From Candidatus Sumerlaeaceae bacterium (lineage in GTDB: Bacteria > Sumerlaeota > Sumerlaeia > Sumerlaeales > Sumerlaeaceae): a stretch of DNA of 64,000 bases. The notes beneath the pieces are model-generated. The model saw only the letters and a list, made by a program, of their open reading frames with translations. It made no database searches and was not told the DNA's origin. Made by a program: the position numbers and the translations under genes. Positions 55,825-64,000 of the stretch are shown here, piece by piece. Location: the NCBI GenBank assembly GCA_051003195.1, contig JBPCLP010000020.1, positions 128,001 through 192,000 on the forward strand, written 5' to 3'. Every line of letters begins with the position of its first letter. Positions within the stretch are counted from its first letter, which is position 1.

Positions 55825-58692
55825 TTATGGTTTCTTTCGGTCTCTAAGCGCTCGTCGCGCCTGCGTCTTAGCGCTGCTGAGATATCCCATGTCCTCGCCT
55901 TTTTGTTCTGGCTCCGGAGTAGTGCCTGGTGTTGCGCCGGGTTCCTGGACCCCCGGTTGTGCCTGCGGTAGATCTGTGGGCTCTGCTTTGCGGCGCGTAC
56001 GCAACTCGCGCGTACGGGCTTTGAGAAGCGGCGTCGTATCTTGCAATGTGTCGGCGAGCGGCGCAGTCCGGCGGCCGCGCAAACTCCACGAACTTACGGC
56101 CGCTTGCGAAGTAAGAGTCCGTCGCTTCGCCCATGCAATGGCAGCAGCAAGCATCCCAAAGCGCGCTTCGGCAATTTCACCCAGAAGCAGCAGCACAAAC
56201 AGGATTAGTAGCGGCGTAACGAGCGGCATGGTACCAACAGAAGTGCCAACACGGTCAAAGATCGTGCGAACATCCAATATCTCTCGGCCTCCTGTGATCG
56301 TCGCCATCTGTGCGAGCATTTCGCGCCCCGCCGACGGGCCTTTATCATATGCAAACTCCGGCGAGACCGGCATGGAGACAGGTCCAATTTTATAGCTCTT
56401 ATCGCCCATCTGTACCACGCCTCGGTAGCAGCCGACTTCCTCCAGTTTTACACTCGCGGACAAGCGGTTGTGGCTGTCCCACTGCATCGGTTTGCTGATT
56501 GTATAGCCGTTCGGAGTGAACATCAGCAATTTTACTTCGCCCATCTGCGCCCGCTCTTCGTCGCCCACCTCCATCCGAATGCGCGCGTAATTATTATCCA
56601 TGTCGGATTTGATCTGTAAATTGTCGAAGACGTTACTTCCCATAATCCAGCGCGTGGTGTTAAGGATAATGTCGGGGTAATTGGGTGTTTGTGCAAAAGC
56701 CTTATCGCAGTCCAGTGCGATGGAAGCGGCACGGCCGAGCCCTGTCTGCCAGAAGGCAAGGATCGGAGCGTTGTCGGCGTCCGCCGTGGCAATTCCCACG
56801 TCGGCCTTCTCGCGCGGGAAGAGCAGGTTATACCCGGAGCAGGTAAAGTCTGCCCATTTCTGGTCTGGCGCAATGGTGTACGCTGCGCCGCGCACCTTCA
56901 TCGGCGCGGCCTCTTCCACGAAACTCTTTCGTGCATAGGTGATCGTGTCGGCAGTGAAGAACTGGATAAGCTGATGCGCGTCTTCGGTGAAATAGACTTG
57001 GCCGTTACCGCGCGCTGCCACGTCCTTAAGAAACTCTGCATCGGGATCTTTCTCGTTACCGAGTCCTATCACGCTGACCGTGATTCCGGCCTCTTTGAAC
57101 TTCTCCAGCAGCACTTTGTAATCGCCCGGCTCCTCGGCGTCGGCGGCATCTGCAAACAGCAGGATGTGCTTGTTCAACTGTGTTGCCTTTGTAATCTCGG
57201 AGCCCGCCGCAACCAGACCCGTATAAACAAAAATACCGCCGCCCATACTCTCGATCTTTCGGATTTCGGCGGCGAGTCGTTCCGTATCTGAAACCGGCTG
57301 CTGGGGCACGAAGATATGCGCGGCGCTGTCGACGGGGATGACCGAGAGACTGTCTGCGCCCGTGAGCAGGCTCAGCGCCTCAATTGCCGCCGCGTCTGCG
57401 AGTTGGATCTTTGTCTGGCCGGATGGCACAGTCATCGCCATACTGCCGGAGCGGTCGATCACAAAGCTGAAGGCGGTCGAAACTTTCTTCGATTGCTTAC
57501 GATCCTCCAGGGCCACCGGCAGTACAGTCTCCAGCGGACTCCGATAGTATCCGCCCGCCGAAAAGCTCTGGTTTCCGCCGCACACCAGCAGCCCGCCGCC
57601 CTCCTGGAGAACAAAATCGCGCAGACCTTCGATCTGCGTGCGTGTGATCCTGGTGATCGCTACGTTGTTCAGGATGATGCCTTTGTAACCTTCGAACTGG
57701 TTTACACCGAGGTGAAAATTATCGATGTCGGCCAGGTGAAGCTGCAGCCCGCCCGCGGTAAGTACCTGCGCGACGTTATCTGGCTGGCCTGTGTTATTCA
57801 CCAGCAGCACGGGACGTTCGCCTACGACGCTGACAAACTTCTCTGCCTGGTTGTCGGTCTTCACCATTTCCTGTTCGGCAGGTGTCGTTTGCACCTCGAT
57901 CCGATAGGAGTGAATGCCGGTGTTCTTCAGGTTATCCGTGAGCGGAATGCGGTTGGCTCCGGCCTTAAAGTTATAGCTGCGCCAGCCCTGGTCCTGAGTT
58001 TCGCCAATGATTTTGTTGTCACGGTAGACGCGATAGCGACCGGGTGTATCCACCGTGGAGTTGACGCGGAACGTCGCACGAAACGGTTCATTCGTGAGAA
58101 TCTTGTCAGGCGTTTCCACATCCGAAACGAACAAGTTAAAAATGTCGGCGCGTTTCAGATCGCGATAATAGATGGGTATCTTTCGCTGCCGCGCGATCTG
58201 TGCCTCACGAAGTGGGTCCTGGCCCGTGTACTCGCCGTCGCTGAGAACGAGCATTTTGGTTCGTCGTGTCTCGGGCGCCAGTGACAACACGGTGTTCATT
58301 CCCTCTGCGAGGTCTGAAGCATCCTCGGAGTAAGGGATTTGAAAGTTTTTGATCGTGGTTTCCTGGGAAGGAACCTGCTCGATATAGCCCTTTTCATTAA
58401 AACTCACAACCCCGAGCCGATCGCCAGGTTGCAGGTTTCGGGCCGCCAACTCCAACAGTTCCTGCTCCTTGCCGCGAGCCTCGTTGGATATCGAACGAGA
58501 GCGATCTACGAGAAGATACAGGTCCATCGATTTCGTGCGGCGGGAGATCGAAGGATAACAAAGCAACAGCACGGCCACAACCACCAGGGCCGTGCGCCAC
58601 CAGTTCTTGTTCCGGACAAATTTCCAGTACAGATAAATAAGCAGTGCGCCCAGAATCAGGGCTTCCGGGTATGCCAGCGTCGGGAAAATCAT
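55825..58692 (-). CDS. VWA-domain membrane protein with GATase1-like domain
   Basis: Two MIDAS-like motifs (DRSRS, DRSGSM), LSDG; GGGLLVCGG..SF..GGY..SPLE.VLPV; N- and C-terminal TMs. Confidence 0.85.
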   Translation of the reverse strand: MIFPTLAYPEALILGALLIYLYWKFVRNKNWWRTALVVVAVLLLCYPSISRRTKSMDLYLLVDRSRSISNEARGKEQELLELAARNLQPGDRLGVVSFNEKGYIEQVPSQETTIKNFQIPYSEDASDLAEGMNTVLSLAPETRRTKMLVLSDGEYTGQDPLREAQIARQRKIPIYYRDLKRADIFNLFVSDVETPDKILTNEPFRATFRVNSTVDTPGRYRVYRDNKIIGETQDQGWRSYNFKAGANRIPLTDNLKNTGIHSYRIEVQTTPAEQEMVKTDNQAEKFVSVVGERPVLLVNNTGQPDNVAQVLTAGGLQLHLADIDNFHLGVNQFEGYKGIILNNVAITRITRTQIEGLRDFVLQEGGGLLVCGGNQSFSAGGYYRSPLETVLPVALEDRKQSKKVSTAFSFVIDRSGSMAMTVPSGQTKIQLADAAAIEALSLLTGADSLSVIPVDSAAHIFVPQQPVSDTERLAAEIRKIESMGGGIFVYTGLVAAGSEITKATQLNKHILLFADAADAEEPGDYKVLLEKFKEAGITVSVIGLGNEKDPDAEFLKDVAARGNGQVYFTEDAHQLIQFFTADTITYARKSFVEEAAPMKVRGAAYTIAPDQKWADFTCSGYNLLFPREKADVGIATADADNAPILAFWQTGLGRAASIALDCDKAFAQTPNYPDIILNTTRWIMGSNVFDNLQIKSDMDNNYARIRMEVGDEERAQMGEVKLLMFTPNGYTISKPMQWDSHNRLSASVKLEEVGCYRGVVQMGDKSYKIGPVSMPVSPEFAYDKGPSAGREMLAQMATITGGREILDVRTIFDRVGTSVGTMPLVTPLLILFVLLLLGEIAEARFGMLAAAIAWAKRRTLTSQAAVSSWSLRGRRTAPLADTLQDTTPLLKARTRELRTRRKAEPTDLPQAQPGVQEPGATPGTTPEPEQKGEDMGYLSSAKTQARRALRDRKKP

Positions 58693-58816
58693 GAGAGGAG
58701 AACCTCGCGTGGCATCATTGCAATAACCACATACTGATTCGCGGGATTAAGAACCAGCATCAGCTCGCGAGCGCATTCCGAATGAGAAGCTGCATCGAAT
58801 CTGGCGAAAGGTTTTT

Positions 58817-60610
58817 TCAGTGGGCTGCATCCTGGTATATCCAGGACAGGAGCGTTGCGAGCAGTATTGCAACCAGGAGCCCGTAGAACAGCAGTCGGTT
58901 TCGACCGGCCTGAGCCACGGCGTCTGCGCGAAGTTTCTGAAAATCCGCGGAATGGGGTCTAATATTACGGAGATCGCTTTCTCCCGGCGCGAAGAGGTTT
59001 ACCTGGAATTGCGCGAGCGATTTGGCCGAGGAACCCTTTCCCTGTGTAATGCTGTAACCGCCTCGCTGCAAATCTTTAAGTACGGGCGGCAGTTCGTCCT
59101 GGTATTCCGCGATTGGTTTGCTGTCGCCTTCACGCGCTAACGTAAACATTTTCTCCAACCCTGGCATCGGCCTCAGATGAAGCTGGATTTCCTCCCCCGT
59201 TCGAAAATTCGTGCGGTCCATGCCCGGAATGGCATCGCGGCAGTCCTCCACCATTCCCTGCACCATGACTGGCCACGCGGTGGAGCGAAACAGGTTGGTG
59301 GCCTGCCAGTCCAGGTTCACGGCGTAGCGTCGCGCTTCACCTTGTGTTGCCTCTGTATAGACCAGCGGATGACTTGTGTATGAAATCAACGCAGAGGTGA
59401 GATTACTGACAGCGGGCGGCGGTGCATACGTCCACAGAACACCTTCGAGCGTCAGGTTTTCGGTGATGCGCGAGCGCTGGTCCAGCACCAGCTGCTGACC
59501 CTGCGCAACCATTCGCGATGCACTCGTTGCTGGATCAACAAATCGGTACGTCCGCAGTGCTGACGGAAGCGACGCCGCTGAACGCATGAATGCGAGCTCG
59601 GCTATGCGCGGATCATCGGTCACGTACGCATTCGGCACCGATTCAATGGCTTTGCGCATGGAGTCGGTTACCTCCCCAAAATCGTCGACGTAGGCGCGCA
59701 CCGTTTTAACATTTACGGCGGCGAGAACCACCGAGTCATCTGCCGCCAATGCGTCCGCCGGAGAGATATCCAGGCGGATGGGATGCTCTGTATCGGGAAT
59801 TTCAAAGTCGAGTGATGCGGGCTGACCGGGCGGCACCTCAATGGATTTCGAGGCCACTTCCTGTCCACCGATGCTGGCCTTTATCGAGATCTGGCTCGCG
59901 CCGGAAGCGTAGCCTTTGATGGTTGCGACAACGCGGTCACGGTGCGCGGCAATTCGAAGACGATCCGCGAACGAGATCGCGGCGTTCGGCGCGGCTTCGC
60001 CAACAGCATGCGTCTCGAGAGCTGGTCCGTAACTCTGGCTGGTGCCACTATCGTCAGTCAGCAGCAGCACGCGTCCGGTTGTGCCGGCAAACTTCATGGC
60101 GAGGTTCATCGCGCTTTCCAGCTCGCATACAGGGGCTTCGGGTTGCCACGCATTCAGGGACTGCACCAGTTCCAGCCTGGTTGCGAAGGGCCCCGCGAGC
60201 AGTCGCGGACGCGCCGCCGCGGCTACAAGCGTAAAGCGGTCGCTGTCGCGCGCCCACTTCGTAGCTGCCTGCGTCGCGCGCTCGGCGCTGCTGTTGGTCC
60301 GCGCTCGTGCCTGCATACTGATCGAATCGTCGGCAATAATTGTGAAGTGGCGTGCCTGTAACCTCGTCGGCCAGTCAAACCCTGCGATTAGCAGGCTCAG
60401 GATTAACGCGGCAATTAGCTGGAACAGAAGCGGCAGAGTGCGGATCAGCCGATCGAATCGCCGGCCGGCGGGCAGCTTCACGCGGGCGAATTCCCAGAGG
60501 TGTAACCCCCCGATTCGCCGCACCCTTCGCCGATCGCGAAAAAAATGCAGCGCCAGAATGGCCGGGATGGATAATAGCGCGAGCAAACCCCATGGGTTCA
60601 AGAACACCAT
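58817..60610 (-). CDS. BatA-domain / VWA membrane protein
   Basis: MVFLNPWGLLALLSIPAILALHF (BatA N-terminus), DDSISM, LLTD, C-terminal TM. Confidence 0.85.
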   Translation of the reverse strand: MVFLNPWGLLALLSIPAILALHFFRDRRRVRRIGGLHLWEFARVKLPAGRRFDRLIRTLPLLFQLIAALILSLLIAGFDWPTRLQARHFTIIADDSISMQARARTNSSAERATQAATKWARDSDRFTLVAAAARPRLLAGPFATRLELVQSLNAWQPEAPVCELESAMNLAMKFAGTTGRVLLLTDDSGTSQSYGPALETHAVGEAAPNAAISFADRLRIAAHRDRVVATIKGYASGASQISIKASIGGQEVASKSIEVPPGQPASLDFEIPDTEHPIRLDISPADALAADDSVVLAAVNVKTVRAYVDDFGEVTDSMRKAIESVPNAYVTDDPRIAELAFMRSAASLPSALRTYRFVDPATSASRMVAQGQQLVLDQRSRITENLTLEGVLWTYAPPPAVSNLTSALISYTSHPLVYTEATQGEARRYAVNLDWQATNLFRSTAWPVMVQGMVEDCRDAIPGMDRTNFRTGEEIQLHLRPMPGLEKMFTLAREGDSKPIAEYQDELPPVLKDLQRGGYSITQGKGSSAKSLAQFQVNLFAPGESDLRNIRPHSADFQKLRADAVAQAGRNRLLFYGLLVAILLATLLSWIYQDAAH

Positions 60611-60639
60611 CGCGTGTTAAAGGTGCTCGTTAGTCATCG

Positions 60640-61542
60640 TCAGATGGTCACAGCGCCGCTGGTCAGAAGTTTTCGGATCATCGACTCGAGCGAATCGTCC
60701 TCGCGTATCATTGTGAGGCAACCATTGCGGGGACGCAGCCATTGCGCCATATCGTCACGCAACGCATTGAGTCGACGCTTGTATCCATCAATCGTGCCGC
60801 GGTCCAGTTTTACATCCAGATGCATGTCTGCCTCCGCGTCTTCCAACCGCATCATTGCGCCGACGCTTAACGCCTCGTCGGGATCGTCTTCGAACGAAGA
60901 CAGGACCTGCACAATCACCAGCCTGTCCGCATCGCGAAATACTTTAGTGATTTCGGGGGGCGAAAATGGAAACAGCAGATCACTGACAAGAATTTTGATA
61001 CCGCCAGGCCGAGTCGCAGCGGAGCCACGAAGCAGTGGCAACGGACTTTCCAGCCGAGTATCCGCGATCCGCAGCAGCTCAAGCGGGGACTGGATCGGGC
61101 GAAGATGCTCGCCTACCGCGTGTACCCGCACCAAGGCGTGCAGCTTGCGGGCGAGCAGGAAGAGAAAGTACGACGTCTCAAGCCGACGTTGCGCTTTTTC
61201 ACCTGTAACCGACATGCTGGCTGAGCAGTCGATGACCAGATCCACGGACGGCGTGATTTCCTCGCGGTACAACTTCACCGTCATTCGGTCACTGCGCGCG
61301 TAGCCGCGCCAGTCTACGTGCCGAAGGTCATCGCCCGGCGCGAAATCCTTTCGATCCTGGTACTCCACGGAACTTCCCGTTCGGCGCCCGGACAGTTCAC
61401 CGATACGTGCCGCACGTTGTCGTTCCGGTAGCGCGAGGTGGTACTGCATCGCGAGCCCCTCAATAGCAGCGCGCGTCGGGAACGCATTTCCCGATGAACC
61501 ACCTGCTGTTCCAGCACTCACAACATCGGGCGCAGAACTCAT
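60640..61542 (-). CDS. DUF58-domain protein
   Basis: GSSVEYQDRKDFAPGDDLRHVDWR.YARSD...KLYREE, IDCSASM, VSDL. Confidence 0.92.
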   Translation of the reverse strand: MSSAPDVVSAGTAGGSSGNAFPTRAAIEGLAMQYHLALPERQRAARIGELSGRRTGSSVEYQDRKDFAPGDDLRHVDWRGYARSDRMTVKLYREEITPSVDLVIDCSASMSVTGEKAQRRLETSYFLFLLARKLHALVRVHAVGEHLRPIQSPLELLRIADTRLESPLPLLRGSAATRPGGIKILVSDLLFPFSPPEITKVFRDADRLVIVQVLSSFEDDPDEALSVGAMMRLEDAEADMHLDVKLDRGTIDGYKRRLNALRDDMAQWLRPRNGCLTMIREDDSLESMIRKLLTSGAVTI

Positions 61543-61546
61543 GTTT

Positions 61547-63133
61547 TTAATCTGCCAGGGAAGCGGAGGTAGAGTCGCTATCCATCGTGACGCGTCGCGG
61601 CAGTAGCCCGGCGGCTTCCAGTGCACGCATTCGTGCTACATAGTAATACATGAGAACAAGTCCTACGAGCCCGAGCCCGAATCGAATGTAAGGCGCCTTT
61701 TGATATAATCCGCTGCCCGAACGCAGGTCGGCAAATGCGGATGAAAATGGCGAGACAAGGAGCGCGGCAACTTCGAACACGCGCGCGAGCTTCGATGTGT
61801 GCCCGGGCATGTTCCACCATGCCACGAAAAAGGCAAACACTGCACCTGAGATTCCCCACCACATCGCGACGAGTGTGCGCTGCAATGCGTAGTTAGTGCG
61901 CAGGCCACGTAGATGTAACAACAGGCCAAACGGAAAGACCAGGAAGAACGGTATCTGCATCGGCATTGATACGGCCTGAAGCCAGTCATTAGGCGGGTTT
62001 CCACTGGTGCCGGGTGCAAGCGAAGTGGTGCTATAGGTTATTGTACAATAATAAATAAGCGCCGCAGTGCCTGCCAGGGTGAACAAAACGAGAACGATGG
62101 TACGCATAGTTCCTGCGGTGCCCGGCTGAAAGCAGATATAGAGCAGCTTGCGCCACGAGTGCACGTTCTGGTACTTGTTTTTAATGATCACCGGAACGCT
62201 CGGCCGGTTATAAAACAGTGTGAGCCCCAGAACGCAAAGCGCCAGGAACACCGGGACAGTTGTGAAGGCTGGTTCGGACGGAGAATATCCCCAGCGCCAC
62301 ACCGTCACGGTCCGGTAGCACAACCAACTGCTCACCAGCGTGAAGAACAGCAGCTTGATCGGCAGCTCACGCGAATCCGATTCCCGGCTGATAGTGTTGC
62401 AGCACAGATAGAAAATGAGCAGGCAGAGCTGTGCGTAGAAGAACATGAAAACAATGAGCATCACAATAGCGCGCACGTTGAGAGTCAGTATGTCCTTAAT
62501 CAGGTTCGAAGTGGCTCGGAACAGTTCACCAAGTGGAGACGATGGCGACACGAGCGAAATGAAGCCTGAGATAACAATAAAGATGATCGCGAAAATCGCG
62601 GCGACGCGGCCGAGCGTCGACACCTGTTTCAACCGCGTGCTCAGCGCCACAAGCAACGTCAACAAATAGAGCGGGAGAAACGCGAGCAGGGTCAGGACCG
62701 CGCCGCTGATCAGCTCGAAAAAGTCAAGCCCGCCAAGGAAGTAGGCGAAGAACATGAACGGCACGATGCAGAAGAACCCGAACAGGAATTCGTACACCAT
62801 GCTGAGAAGCTTGCCGCCGATCATCCGCTCCAGCGACATGCCGGATAGTTCATACAACTCGAACGTTCGATTTGCGAATTCGCGCGCCGTCAAGCTGTGG
62901 CCCATGAACGCAATGATCAGCGCGTAGATCACCAATATGACGTACAACGAGTAGAACACCTTAGGCCCAGGCCGCGTAATCTCTTCGCCCAGCGACATGA
63001 TAAAAACGGAAACGCCCTCGGCGAGCAGCAGCAGCCCGAAAAACAATGCGATGAACGTGCGGTTCCGCAGCCACTGCGTGATGTCCTTATAGAACATTGC
63101 GTTGTCCTGCAGTTGACGCACAAGGCTTCTCAT
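61547..63133 (-). CDS. ABC-2-type permease-like multi-TM protein
   Basis: KDITQWLRNR, REFANRTFEL..LS.MS...MIGGKL, many TM helices; follows an ABC ATPase. Confidence 0.75.
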   Translation of the reverse strand: MRSLVRQLQDNAMFYKDITQWLRNRTFIALFFGLLLLAEGVSVFIMSLGEEITRPGPKVFYSLYVILVIYALIIAFMGHSLTAREFANRTFELYELSGMSLERMIGGKLLSMVYEFLFGFFCIVPFMFFAYFLGGLDFFELISGAVLTLLAFLPLYLLTLLVALSTRLKQVSTLGRVAAIFAIIFIVISGFISLVSPSSPLGELFRATSNLIKDILTLNVRAIVMLIVFMFFYAQLCLLIFYLCCNTISRESDSRELPIKLLFFTLVSSWLCYRTVTVWRWGYSPSEPAFTTVPVFLALCVLGLTLFYNRPSVPVIIKNKYQNVHSWRKLLYICFQPGTAGTMRTIVLVLFTLAGTAALIYYCTITYSTTSLAPGTSGNPPNDWLQAVSMPMQIPFFLVFPFGLLLHLRGLRTNYALQRTLVAMWWGISGAVFAFFVAWWNMPGHTSKLARVFEVAALLVSPFSSAFADLRSGSGLYQKAPYIRFGLGLVGLVLMYYYVARMRALEAAGLLPRRVTMDSDSTSASLAD

Positions 63134-63221
63134 CGCAGCGCTCCAGAGCAATGCGGCAGTTGCGGAAGCATGACTTCTGAACCTGAATGCCAGGAGACAG
63201 GTCTGGCCACTTTGCGGTCCA

Positions 63222-64000
63222 TCACTGTTCAATGTCGCTTTGCGTAATTTGCATGAACACGTCTTCCATCGACAGCATCACTGGCTTGAATTCGAGCACC
63301 GGGAAACCGGCTTCGATGATTTCTCGAAGCAGCGCCGGCACCTGCCCCTTGTCCCCTGCAAACGAGAATGTCATCGCCATACTTTCGCGCGGAGATACCT
63401 GCGAGACCGCCGCGCGCTCGAGAAGCCACGTCTCGAAACGCAAGAGTTCCTCCTGTTCGCCAACCAGCTTCACGCTGATCTCGACTGCTTCCTGCATGGA
63501 CCCCTGGATCTGCTCGACTGTTCCAAACGTTACCTGACGGCCGCGGTCGATAATCAGCATTTCGTCGCACATCTCGGCCAATTCGGTCAGAATGTGCGAA
63601 CTCACGAAGATCGTTTTACCCTGCTCGGCCAACTGCTTCATCAGGTACCGCAGCTCGACGCGCGCACGCGGATCAAGCCCCGCGGCCGGTTCATCCAGGA
63701 TCAGCACCTTGGGATCATTAAGTAATCCACGGCCCATGTTCAGCCGCTGCATCATACCCTTGGATAAGGTGTCGACGCGTTTGCCGTCGATCTTATTGAG
63801 TCCGGTAAACTCCATGATGCGATCGATCCGGGTGCCACGGATCGCAGGTTCCAATCCATAGGCGCGTGCATAAAATTCCAGGTAATCGCGGATAGTTAAG
63901 TCGGGATAAGTTCCGTAGTGATCCGGCATGTAGCCAATAAGCCGTCGTATCTCATACGGATGCTCGTAGGTGGACATGCCGTTGACATAAATCTCGCCGC
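63222..64000 (-). CDS. ABC transporter ATP-binding protein (5' end outside window)
   Basis: IGYMPD (Q-loop), LSKGMMQR signature, VLILDEP Walker B, SSHIL H-loop. Confidence 0.93.
   Translation of the reverse strand, partial: GEIYVNGMSTYEHPYEIRRLIGYMPDHYGTYPDLTIRDYLEFYARAYGLEPAIRGTRIDRIMEFTGLNKIDGKRVDTLSKGMMQRLNMGRGLLNDPKVLILDEPAAGLDPRARVELRYLMKQLAEQGKTIFVSSHILTELAEMCDEMLIIDRGRQVTFGTVEQIQGSMQEAVEISVKLVGEQEELLRFETWLLERAAVSQVSPRESMAMTFSFAGDKGQVPALLREIIEAGFPVLEFKPVMLSMEDVFMQITQSDIEQ

Overview
This is 64 kb of a GC-rich bacterial chromosome. It is probably from Ca. Sumerlaeota (BRC1) or a relative. That assignment is an inference from the 'FTLIE...TTPIAY...YDxTNGTxSxG' pilin paralogues and a shared C-terminal VxDWxx[YF] tail. 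Housekeeping genes include glyQS, a nagB-like deaminase, an ArsR/methyltransferase (SahR-type) regulator with ahcY, rpmH-rnpA-yidD-yidC, ppiC and dnaN. No dnaA lies between rpmH and dnaN. Secreted or envelope enzymes include a GH120-like xylosidase, an S8/S53-like protease, two amidases, a GH10-like protein and an alginate lyase/heparinase. The window ends in a VWA/DUF58/ABC operon. An accessory block at about 9.5-17.5 kb carries three nucleases (HNH, DUF4041/T5orf172 GIY-YIG, SNase), several orphan genes and short repeat/hairpin clusters. The most notable observations are: (1) a candidate C-terminal sorting signal, PTxVxDWx[LM][FY], on two unrelated secreted proteins; (2) a UDP-galactopyranose mutase of the eukaryotic type; (3) the nuclease-rich island; (4) a DUF4160 gene hidden by a non-canonical start codon; (5) a GT-C-like gene split by a single in-frame TGA. 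I recognised no rRNA, tRNA, CRISPR array or intact transposase/integrase. All family calls come from motif recognition by eye, not from database searches.
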